A DNA stretch of 61,192 bases, the filler included, from Fonticula-like sp. SCN 57-25 (Eukaryota): assembly GCA_001724245.1 (NCBI GenBank). It is 10 parts of 10 records of this genome, joined end to end, with 100 filler letters (N's around TTAATTAATTAA, not from the genome) between each part and the next. Parts side by side here need not be neighbours in the genome. Positions count along the whole stretch, not along the records: positions 20,523 to 26,051 come from MEDX01000663.1; positions 26,152 to 31,957 come from MEDX01000664.1; positions 32,058 to 38,590 come from MEDX01000665.1; 7 more parts are not named here. One strand, written 5' to 3'. The notes under the pieces are model-generated. The model was not told the origin of the DNA and did not search any database. It worked only from the letters and a program-made list of their open reading frames with translations. Both the position numbers and the translations under genes were made by a program. This document shows positions 22,506 to 33,708 of this stretch, piece after piece (position 1 is the stretch's first letter; each line of letters opens with the position of its first letter).

Positions 22506-25500
22506 ATGGGATCGCCGGCGACGTGGAGCGGTACGCGCGTGGGATCTGGCGCTTATTGGTGGGATAGCTAGCGTTTGCGTGTATGAGTGGTTATTTCACA
22601 TTATGCCATGTGATTTGTGGTGGTTAATAGAGTGGTATTGGTTGGTTTACTTGATGATTGGTGGTGTGGGGTGGCGGCATCCCCTGGCATCCCTCGTCTC
22701 ACCGGTTTTGCGTGCAGCCAAGACCGTCGTGGGCAAGAATGCAGTCGTGCGACGCATGCTGCTTCCTGCGCCTATTGAGGCCAGTGACACAATATGGACC
22801 CAATTAATGTCGGACTCGATGGACATTCGCGAATCGGTCGCCAGCCTCTCGTACGTACAAGGCCTCTTTCCTCTTGTGATGGCCTTTTCAGTCCACTTTT
22901 TACCCCTTTTTGCGACTTTTTTCTGTTTTATTTCTTCCTTTTGTTGTTGTATTTATGCTCATATCACGACATAGTGAGGAAGGTCGGTCAGATGTTTTTG
23001 ATGATGTCGCCGAGATTTGCCGCCAATTAATATCGCAGTCATCATCGACCCGATCCCGATCCGCCGCCAGCACCAACTTTATCGGCCTCCTTCGCGTCAC
23101 CACCCACTTTCTCTCCCTCGTCCGCGCCGACATCTCTCCGTACGATCCCTCATCCCTTCCCTCATCATCACGCTCATGTCCCATCCAGTGACCCGCGAAC
23201 GATCCACGCCGCCAAGAACGCCGTCTTCCTCACCCGCCTCCTCTCCAACCACCTCGTGGCGCAGTGCACCTCAACACAACTCGGCATCATTTTTTCAGGC
23301 GCAGCTCCCTCTCAATGTACGCACTCACTTTTCTTTCCACTTTTCCTGATGCCGATCAGCATGGAGCGCCAACATCTTCCTCTCCGAGCTCGTCACCTGC
23401 ATCATCTCCATGCCACGATCGTACGCGCCCTCTCTGATTGGCCAATTACCCACAACCATGCCACAGCCCTGCCCCCACCGCCCCCCTCTACGACGAAGTT
23501 GTCGCGCTGCTCGTGACGCTCTGCTCGACCCAGGCGTACCAGCCGACGGCCGAGCGCGTCCACCCAAACTACTTTATCGACATTCTCATGACCGACTTTG
23601 AGTGCGCAATGACACATTGACACATTGACAGTACCATTGACAATGATACCTTTCAGTGATGTTGCGCCGCAGATGGTGACTGCGCTTTTGGAAAGCAGCA
23701 CGGCAAGGCCGCCGGCACGATCGACCATGTCAAGTGCGCTATGGTCGCTATTTTTAGTGCCTAGTGAGGGGCCGGAATTTTCGCCTTCACATGCAGTATT
23801 GTTACTTGTGCTTGTTAATCAAGAGTCGCAGACGAGCGAGAATCCGTTTAGAAGAGTCCTTGGGCTATTACACAATAAGGGTGCGTTGGTTTGCAGTTTG
23901 CGTGTGGGAGATATTGGTGGCGGGTATGTGGCAGTATGATGTTGAGAATATGAATAGTGGGTTTGCAGTTTGCAGTGTATGTCATTTGGGTTTGCAGTTT
24001 ACATTCTGTGTTTATGGATATTTCATGGGTTTCGAAGGTTCCTTTGTGTCTGTTTTGCAGTTTGCATTATGATATCGACTGTGGTCTGTATTTCATTGTG
24101 TCTAATTCATCTGCTCTTACATGTAAACTAATCTTGTTTTGCAGGGTCTGTATCTGCCCCAGACAATTTCTCCGTTGACTTTTCCTCACTTTACCTCGGC
24201 CTTTCCGCCCACTTTTCCCACGCCGAAACCCCCCTTATCCTCTACGCCCTCCTTATGGAAAACCCACTTTTCCTCGCCTATGTCTTTCGCCGAAGCGACC
24301 CAGAAACACTTCTCGTGCCGCTGTCACGTGAGCTGTATCATGCGGTGACGTCATCAGATGCCAAGGCGCAGCATAGTCTTATCTATGTGCTGCTTGTGCT
24401 GTGTCTTGTGCTGACACATAATGAGACGTTTAATGATGCATTGCAGGCGCACGTGCGTAGATATGCAAACTGCAAACTGGTATGCTGACGTCATTGTAGT
24501 TTGTGAAAAAGGTGAGTTGGTTTACGGAGAAGCCGCTGGCGGATGTGTCGTTGGGGAGTTTGCTGGCGCTGGTGCTTATGAGGGCGCTTTTCTACAACTT
24601 TACTGAATTCAGAGTACGAAAGAAGGGCGCTTTTCTACAACTTTACTGAATTCAGAGTACGAAAGAAAAAAGATAGAAGGGGTTGTTGGTGTCCACGTGG
24701 TATATATATATGGTTTTTATTGTTTTCGTGTTATCAAGTGGTATTCATGTTGAATTCTGTGAGATATCAATCATGATTGTTTGCCTCCAAGTGTCGTATA
24801 TTTTGTGTGGTTTATACTTTTGATAGATATTATATCTATCGATTTGTGATGGTTTTTTCTACCTTTTTTCTGCCCTTTTCTTACCCATTTTAACACCCTT
24901 TAGGATGTTTATATGCAAACGACAATTCTCGCCGCCCTCGCAAACATGTCAAGCCACTTTGCCGACATGCACACCGTCGCCGCCCAAAAGTTTATGACTC
25001 TCTTTGACGGCGTCCTAAAACGATACACAAAAATGTCACGTGACCCACCGCCAACACCGCCGCCATTTGATGACGTCAGCGGTGGCGTCACGCGGCCTGA
25101 GCTTGCTGTTATTCAGGATATGTTGAGGCTGCTGCTCGAGATATTCAACGCAATTCTGTGTCGAGGCCTCGCTGTACGTGGCCATTTTTGGATATTTTTT
25201 CCTTTTTTGGGCATTGTTGCCTTTTTCGGTCAGTACTAAAATCGCATGCGATTTTGATAGAAAAACCCGCGTTTTATCTATGCCCTGCTTCAGCGCCAAG
25301 AGCAAGTCGACAGCTTACGTCATCAGCGCGGATTGCCTTTTTTGTCACTTGTCGACAATCTCGACACTGTGATTGGCTACTTTTCAAGCAAGATCGCCCA
25401 ATCCGAGCACGAATTTGCGTCATCAGAAGAGCTGCAGGCCCTCGTGGCACGCGAGGCAAAGGTCTTTCCCGTCACGCGACTCAAAGTGCGCAGTCACTCT

Positions 25501-25675
25501 TTTTTGACAGTTTGCAGTTTGCTTATATGATGAATAGCAATTTGCCGATTTGCGTTTTCGGTATGAAGATGAGGCGAACGCGCAAGAGTTTTTCTGCCCT
25601 TTTGTGTGGCGATTGGCGGGAAAGTGCAATGCGGTGCACATATATACAAAGATGGCATTGCTATTGGGTGCCTAA
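22506..25675 (+). CDS. DYM: Dymeclin, spliced
   Basis: LYALLMENPLFLAYVFRRSDPETLLVP, SWFTEK..DVSLGSLL, DVYMQTTILAALANMS, LRLLLEIFNAIL, NPRFIYALL, LRFRYEDE..EFFCPFVW. Terminal exon boundaries are approximate. Confidence 0.88.
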
Positions 25676-26051
25676 TAGAGTGCTTAATAAGCACTATATG
25701 GTATCTATTAGGGTGTCTTTTTGGGTGCCTAATAGAGGTGGCATGCATTCCGTGTACATTTCAATAATCATTTCATTCACACAATATATCTGTTTAGAGT
25801 ATTTTAATGTCACTTTTTTGGTCAGTTTATGGCAATTTCATATTGGAATGAGCCAAATGAACTCGTGACTATCATTATGCACAAAGATAGATGCCTGAAA
25901 TGTCCATATCTCCACACTCTTTGCCTACACCACTGCCACACTATTGTACTGAATATACTCAAAACCATCTCTATTGCATGTACATTGATACTCATCACTC
26001 TCTGACGTCACTCATGACGTCACTCTAGACCCCTCAATAAGCCCCTTTAGG

Positions 26052-26151
26052 NNNNNNNNNNNNNNNNNNNNNNNNNNNNNNNNNNNNNNNNNNNNTTAAT
26101 TAATTAANNNNNNNNNNNNNNNNNNNNNNNNNNNNNNNNNNNNNNNNNNNN
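26052..26151. other. Artificial contig linker
   Basis: N-TTAATTAATTAA-N. Confidence 0.98.
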
Positions 26152-26211
26152 AGAATAGATATGAAGAAAGAAAGCAGCCACTATAAAGACCGTGATTGGC
26201 TACCTGACGCT

Positions 26212-29200
26212 CTAGAGGTCCGTCTGGGACGATTCGGCGCGCTCCGCATCATCAGGCAGCGGGAACTCTGCCTCCATCTCGGTCTGGTTGGCGGCGAGGC
26301 GCGAGTACTTGTACTCTGCCTGGCGCTTCTGGCGCCACAGGAAGACAGTGAAGCCGGCGATGAGCAGAATGGCGCCAAAGATGAGCACAAAGACCCACCA
26401 GGGAAGGACGTCCTGGATCGTGGCAGGGAGCGCTGAAAGGAAAAAGGGTGAATAAAGGAGTTAAAGGGGGAAAGAATGATAGAATGACATGAGACATTAC
26501 ATGAGAAATAACACAAAATAATACAAAATGACATGAAAAGGTCAGAAATGACACAAAAACACCATAAAACACCACAAAATGACATAAAATGACATTAATA
26601 CACTACAAAAACGCACTTTTTCCCCTTTCTTCCCTCTTCCCTTTCCCTTCCTCCCCTATTCACCCCTTGCGTACGCGTGCAATCGTCGCCCTCATACCCC
26701 TCTGCGCACTCCCCGCACACCTCCCCTGCCCAGTTACTCGAGCACACACAAACCCCCGTCCCCTCCACGCCCATATCGCACGTGCCATGGTTCAAGCACG
26801 GCGTCCTCGCCCCCCCCGGGCACTCCTTCTCGCACACCTCCCCAAACATGCCCGACGCGCACTGCTCGCACGACTCGCCCGACCACCTCGTCGGGCACGT
26901 GCACGTCCCATCATCCTCGTCGCAGATACCCACACCATTGCACGCCACGCCGTTACTCTTGGCGCACTCCTTGCACGCTTCCTTTCTCGGCGGCGCCGGC
27001 GGCTCACCCGTGCACCTATTGATGCGCTGATATGAAACCGTGCGCGTCTCGTTGACACACGGCCCGCGCTCGAGCATGAAATCTTCCACCGTGCACGTCG
27101 GGCACGCAAACTGCGACCGCCACATGAAGAAATACTCGCACGTGCGCGGGACAAGCTCGGCAGTGTTGTTCCAGATGGGCGTCGGCTGGCCAACGCCGGC
27201 GTTCATGTCGCAGATGAGCGTCACGACAGTCTTGCGGGGGCGCGGGACGTTTCCATAAGAGCTCGCGCAGCCCTTTGAGCCTTCAGTGAGGTAGACAGTC
27301 AAACCCAGAGCGTCGTCGGGGTCGACATTGACGAGACCGAGAAGGGTTTCGTTGAGGGGGCCGTAGCCCATCACGTGGCCGAGGTCGACGGCGTAGCCGC
27401 GGTCAAAGATCTGCTGGCAGGACATGGAGGGGATGGCGTTGCCGTGGTCGTCGTAGCAGGTGGTGTTGGAGTGGTCACTGCTGCACATGTTGAGCCAGTA
27501 GGTGTGGCCGGAGCTGAAAAGGGGAGGGGAAAGTGGAAAGTGAGTGGAAAGTGATGAAAATCATGGAAAAAGACATAAAAGTATGATAAAATCATGAACA
27601 AGTATGATAAAAGTATGATAAAAACATGAACAAGTACATAAAAGTATGATAAAGAACAACCAAAAACACCATAAAAACAATAATAATCTACAATATACTA
27701 AAATAACCCTCAACAACCCACAAAAGACAATCCTTCTTGTCTTCCAATAACGTACTTGTCGACACCCGCAAAGTGCATTGTCTCTGGGCTATACAGCACA
27801 TTCAAGTCATACTCATGATGCGAAATCGCTACCCAATCACCGTCAGCCACCCCTCACTTCCACCAATCACAAGCGAGCAGCGTACAGACAGGCNGCACCG
27901 CATGCAATATACTCGGTCGAGTTTGCACTGTCGGTGAAGAAGCCGTCGGGCACGTCGAGGCAGAGGCCGCCTTCGGTCGGGTTGTACTGGCCGGGCGGGC
28001 AGGGCGTGCAGGCGGAGGCGCCGGTGAGGGAGGAGAAGCCGGCGGGGCACTTGGCGCAGGAGGCGGCGGCGCCGGTATCAAGATTGTTGATACTGTGGAA
28101 GGGAAGAAGAAAAGGAAGGGAAAAGAAGGAAAGGGAAGAGAAAATGAATGGGAAACAGGGGAAAAAGAACGAAAAATGAAGGAAAAAAGGGCAACAAAAG
28201 TCATAAAGACAAAAATTAGACACAAAAAAATCAAAAAACCACCAAAAAGACAACAATAATACACAAAATCCACTTGTTAGCCAATTTAAAAACAACCCAT
28301 ATTTTCGCACCGAATGGAAAAGATCTTTGCGTGGTTGTTGACATTGTACGGCAACGCCGCCTGCCTGTACGAGAACGTGATCAAGTAGCGACCCGGCGTG
28401 CGCAGCTGCAGCTTGGACGGCACCTCGGACGAGTACGTGTTGCGCAGGATGCTCGTGTAGGGCTCAATCTCGTCGTCGAGGTTGTCGTACGAGGCGTACA
28501 AGAGGCAGGCGCTCTGGCCAGTCACGCTATGGAACAAAGGGTGAGTAAGGGGAAGTGGGAAAAGAGAGGGGAGAAAGGGTAGAAATAGAGATACACAAAG
28601 TACATCAGAGTAGAAGAGTATAACAAAGTGGCATACAGAACAGAGATACAGAGACAAAAAGTATTAAAAACAATTCATAATCACAGAGACACAGACATAC
28701 AATGACACAAAATTATACAATGATACACATACACATACTCATACTCATACTCATACTCATACTCATACTCATATTAATACTCATACACATACACATACAT
28801 CACCATACACATACACATACTCATACTCATACTCATACTCATACTCATACTCATCATCAACAACAGTCAATCATCAATGATCATCATGAACAACACACAC
28901 AGATATCAACAAACTAAACAAATATCTCAATTGACGTACGCGCAGTTGAGCTGGTAGACGAAATCGACGACCGACGCAGTCACAACATTCACATTAAAGC
29001 TGACACGCGCGTCCATGTAACCACCCGCGCTGTAGGGCGACTTCATGTACTTGCCGCGCGCGAGCCACCCGCTGCTCTCGCAGCTGCCGTCGCAGCTCGT
29101 CTCAAAGGAAGAGGGAAGGGACGACCAGCGGGTGTAGGAGAGGCCCTTGCTGGCAAAGGTGCCAGGGGTGCAGGCGTCGCACTTGTTGGTGGCCTTGTTG

Positions 29201-30790
29201 GAGAAGGTGCCGTCGCCGCACTGCTTGCAGGTGCCGGCGCTGTCGAGAACAGAGCCTGGAGGAAGGGGGTGAGTGCGGAAAAGTGGGGAAAAGTGCGGAA
29301 AAGTGGCGAAAAGTGGCAGAAAACAACAAAAAAGTGGCAAAAAAGAGGAAGAAAATACATCAGAAAGTGACTAAAAACAATAAAAAATTCACAAAAAACA
29401 GCAAAAATCCATCAATAATCCATCAAAAAACATCAAACGTAACTTCAACAAAAAAGCTTCAAACATAATCAAAATTTTTCGTACCGTCCTCGCAGAAGCA
29501 CGTGGCATCCTTGCTGGCAGGCGCCTCGACACCGCCCTTGCACACCGGCGTAGTATTGTCAATAATAGTCAGCGGCGCATACGACACCGTCTCCTTGCCC
29601 GTGCTCGCCTGGCACGCACTGTACTTTTCATAGTACTCGTTGGCGGTGCACTGCGGGAACTTGGTGCACGCCGCGCTCTTTTCAAAGGCAAACTCGGTCT
29701 CAGTGTCGCACGGCGTGCAGGTCGACGAGCCGGGCTTGGCGAACGTGTTGACGGGGCAGGTAGTGCAGGAAGACGCCTTGGAGTCCTTGGAGATGGTGCC
29801 GGCGACGCACGTGCCGCACTTTTCGGCGGCGTAGTCGGTGCCAAAGGCGACAACAGACTGGCAAGATCGCAATTTTTAGCACAAAAAGTGGCGGAAAAAA
29901 GCAGAAAAAGCGTACGCGGACGAGGGCGGCGTCGATGCCGAACGAGTTGTAGCGGTTCTTGACGTACGTCCAGCGGAAGCTGTGGTAGCCGGGCGTCAGG
30001 GGGTACTCGACAGAGGTCCAGTGGGCGCGCGAGATGATGTCGGTCATGTTGACATCGTCAATGTAAAAGATCAGACTAAAAGACAAGTATTAGTCAATTT
30101 GAAAGGCAAAAAACTGTAAAAAGGGAAAGGGAAACGAACCCGCTCGTCTTGAGCTCGGCCTCGACCTGGTACGAGAAGCGGATCTTGTTGCCAGTCTTCT
30201 TGACAAACTGAGAGGAATCGTGTGAGCGCGCGCAGCAAAAGAAAGGGAAAAAATGATATAAACAATACGCACCACCTCGCTGTAGCGCAGGTTCGAGTAG
30301 ACGTTGTTGACTAGGCGGTTGGCGCCGGACTCGACAAAGGTGCCGTTGAGGCGCCAAGCTGCAAAAAGGCCATGTGAGATAAAATCGCGCCGAAAAACAA
30401 TGGCGCACGCTTGCACGGCGTGCTGCTGTAGCCAAAGTTGGAGCAGTCGGTGACAAAGTTCTGCGGCCACGAGGTCCAGTCGTCAAACATGTCGCCGCCG
30501 CCAACGCTGTAGCCTCCCGGCTGGCAGTCGGCGCACTCGACCTTGCCGATGGGGAGGTACGCGCCCTCGCCGCACGCAATGTCGCACGCAAGCTTGCTCA
30601 CGGTCGGGGGAAGCTGGACACCCTCCTCGATGTCGCAGGGGACCTTGTAGTAGTAGTAGGCAGAGCGCTCATTGTTGAGGCAAGAGGTGTACGCAACGTC
30701 AATGTCGTTTTGGGTGCACGGCTCGAGCGCCGCATGCGACACCGCGAGCAGCGCCAGCAGGCACGCCGCGGAGGCGACAAGGGAGCGCAT
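26212..30790 (-). CDS. ELAPOR/KIAA1324 (UPF0577)-like type I membrane protein with EGF-like repeats
   Basis: Signal peptide, PCTQNDIDVAYTSC, CQPGGYSVGGG..FDDW, GYHSFRWTYVK, many Cys-rich CxxCPxG repeats, CEYFFMWRSQFACPTC, EGF/laminin-like repeats, a TM helix and cytosolic EYKYSRL. Confidence 0.85.
28725..28856 (+). repeat. (CATACT/CATACA)n intronic microsatellite
   Basis: Tandem hexamers seen directly. Confidence 0.95.
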
Positions 30791-31027
30791 ATTCGTGCGG
30801 ACGGCGATGGTAATGGAACACCAAAGCAACCTAGAAGAGGCAAAGTGAGCGGGGGATGCCCACAACGTCCAGGGATCCGTACCCGCGACCGACACGTCGA
30901 CCCGAAATAGAACACTTCAAATTTGTAGTTTTGGTTTTATCCAATCAGGTGGCTGGATTCAAAGAATGGGCCAATAGAATCACAGTTCCAATCAGTCCGG
31001 GGTGGATTCGGCCTTCTGCGGGAGACG

Positions 31028-31744
31028 ATGGGCGGACGAGCGAGTCTCCTGGCGCAGGAGGATATTGAGGAGCTCCAGCGCATCTCTCCGTGTACGTAGA
31101 GCGCGTCTCTATTTAATAATGGCTTACACTTTTGCGCCCGAATAGTTACCGCCGTTCAAATTTCCCGTCTTTATAAGCGTTTCAAGCGCCTCGACAAGGA
31201 TGATCTCGGCTTCATCAGCCCTGACGAGTTCATGTCAATCCCAGAATTCGCAATGAACCCGCTCGCTGAGCGGATCATTGTCGCCTTTGACCCCAAGCAC
31301 ACAGACATGATCAATTTCAGGCAGTTTATTGAAGTGCTCGCCGTGTTTTCAGACCGAGCCGACATTAACGCCAAGTTAAAGTGTACGACCTCAGAGAGAA
31401 AGAGGGATGACGGACTAACAGTTGATGCCGCTGCTAGTTGTCTTCAAGGTGTACGACGTCAGAGGCGACGGATACTTGACGGCCGACGAGCTTTATGAAG
31501 TGCTCAAGACGGTAGTGGGGAAGCACTTGTCAGACAAGCATCTCATGGACATTGCCGAGCAGACGGTAACGGAAGCCGATCTCGATAAGGACGGCAAGAT
31601 CTCTTTCGACGAGTTCTGCCACGTGCGCCATTTTGTTCGTATTTACATTATAGCTAACCAATTGCTCTTTGCTGGGTTTTTTTATAGTGCTGCCAATACG
31701 CTGACACGAAATCAAAGCTAAACGTCATGTTTTCTACCTTTTAA
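31028..31744 (+). CDS. Calcineurin B / CHP-like EF-hand protein, spliced
   Basis: MGGRAS N-terminus (possible myristoylation), QISRLYKRFKRLDK, IPEFAMNPL.ERII, EF hands YDVRGDGYL and ADLDKDGKISFDEF. Confidence 0.9.
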
Positions 31745-31957
31745 CTCGCCAAATTGACTATTTCCGCGCGCGCACAAAAATGCCGCCGCCATGTACTCTT
31801 TGTTCTGTTTCAATTTCGCAATAGAATGCCTTGAATATGAGTATGTATTATACAAATTACTTGCCCGTCAGCGCAACAAACAAGGGCCGAAAAGAGAGCA
31901 GCTACCAAACCAAGAGAATAATGTGACCGATAGATAAATGACCAACAGTAGAGAGAG

Positions 31958-32057
31958 NNNNNNNNNNNNNNNNNNNNNNNNNNNNNNNNNNNNNNNNNNN
32001 NTTAATTAATTAANNNNNNNNNNNNNNNNNNNNNNNNNNNNNNNNNNNNNNNNNNNN
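31958..32057. other. Artificial contig linker
   Basis: N-TTAATTAATTAA-N. Confidence 0.98.
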
Positions 32058-33255
32058 AGCTCCACTGACTCTCTCCGCCGAACTGCACGTCGCCGGCAGC
32101 GTCCTCCCCATCCGCCTCCTCTCCCGCCACCACCTCCTCATCGCCCTCGACCTCATGCGCTCCGCCACACTCTTCCGTTACCACCCAGAGTCACACAGGA
32201 TGGAGAGGCTGTGCCATGATGCGAGTAATAGGTGGTCGGTGGCGGGGGCGGCGGTGGATGATGAGTGCTTGGTGTTTTGTGATGATGCGTATGGGATGAG
32301 TGTGCTCGTGAGGGGCGAGGAAGATAAGGGTACGAAAGGGAGAGGTAAGGGAAAGTGGAGGGAAAAAGTGGGAAGAAAGTGGAGGGTTATGTGGTAATTT
32401 AGAGTAGTTTAGAGTAATTTAGAGTGTTGGTTTGGTCAATGTAAGTGGCAATTTGGCCATACTATGTGTTAATGTTGTCAATGTAAGTGTCAATGTAGTT
32501 GTTAGTTTGGTTAATGTATGTGTTGGTTTGGTCAATGTAAGAGATAATTTGATTGTTATTTGGTCACTTGTAGTGTTAGTTTAGTCATTTATAGTGTCAG
32601 TTTGGTCATGTATAGTGTTATTTCATGTGTTTGTTTGGTCACTTTTAGTCTTTGTTCAATCATTATATGTGTCATTTTCATCACTTTTTGGGTCAATCTA
32701 ACCCTAATTTTTCTTCTTTTAGCCACTACTTCCACCCTTCCCACTACTTCTTCCTCTACTTACCGCTGCCTCGGCTCCTTCTACCTCGGCGAACAAGTCA
32801 ACTGCCTCCGCCGCGGCTCTCTCGTCCTCCAAGTACCCGAACTAGAAGCCACGACTTATCCAAGCCACCTCTTTATGACACCGACTGGCTCACTTGGATT
32901 GGTCGTTTCAATTCCGCAAACTGTTTTTGCACTTTTGAAGAGAGTGGAGGTCAATATGCGTCACGTGATACATGGTATCGGTGGTCTCAGTCATGCTGCT
33001 TTCCGAAACAACAACAACAGTAACAGTGGCAATAATGGTACTTTTGCTGCTTCAAGTGTGTCACGTGATGTGTCACGTGATAATGAGGATGTTTCGACTG
33101 GTTTTGTTGATGGTGATTTGGTGGAGCGGTTTATCAAGCTGTCGCCAGAGATGCAGCGGGTGGTGATGGATGGGCCTGGGAGGGCGGCGCCGATTAGGGC
33201 GAGTGTGCAGGAGGTGATTAGGATTGTCGAGGAAATGTCGAGATTGCACTCTTGA
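32058..33255 (+). CDS. DDB1: DNA damage-binding protein 1, C-terminal part (intron 32330-32722)
   Basis: DLMRS..L..Y, FYLGEQVNCLRRGSLV, GIGGLSHAAFR, GFVDGDLVERF, IRIVEEMSRLH. Confidence 0.85.
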
Positions 33256-33708
33256 TAGTGGAAAGAAACAAGAAAGAGAATGAATATATTGGTTTTATAT
33301 AGGATAAGTGAGAGGAAAGTGAGAGGGAAAGTGGGACAAACAGAGGAAAGTAAGAAAATGAACAATGGATTATGTACAGTCAGTATGGTATTTAAAAGTA
33401 CTTAAAGACACAATTGCATACAGTACATGGACAAACACACAGTGAATACAGTATTGATGGACATGCTACACACTGTGAATGTCATTGTGAAATCAGTATG
33501 ATTCATGGACACTCTCACTCTGAATATCATTGTACAATATGCTACATGGACACACAGTGATTATCATTGAAATGGACACACAATGTGATTATCATTGTAA
33601 TGGACACACAATGTGATTATCATTGTAATGGACACTTTCTTTGCTGTTCTACTACCCATTCCTTAACAATCCCATTGCAAATAGAGCGCTTTATTATGTT
33701 TGTCCCTC

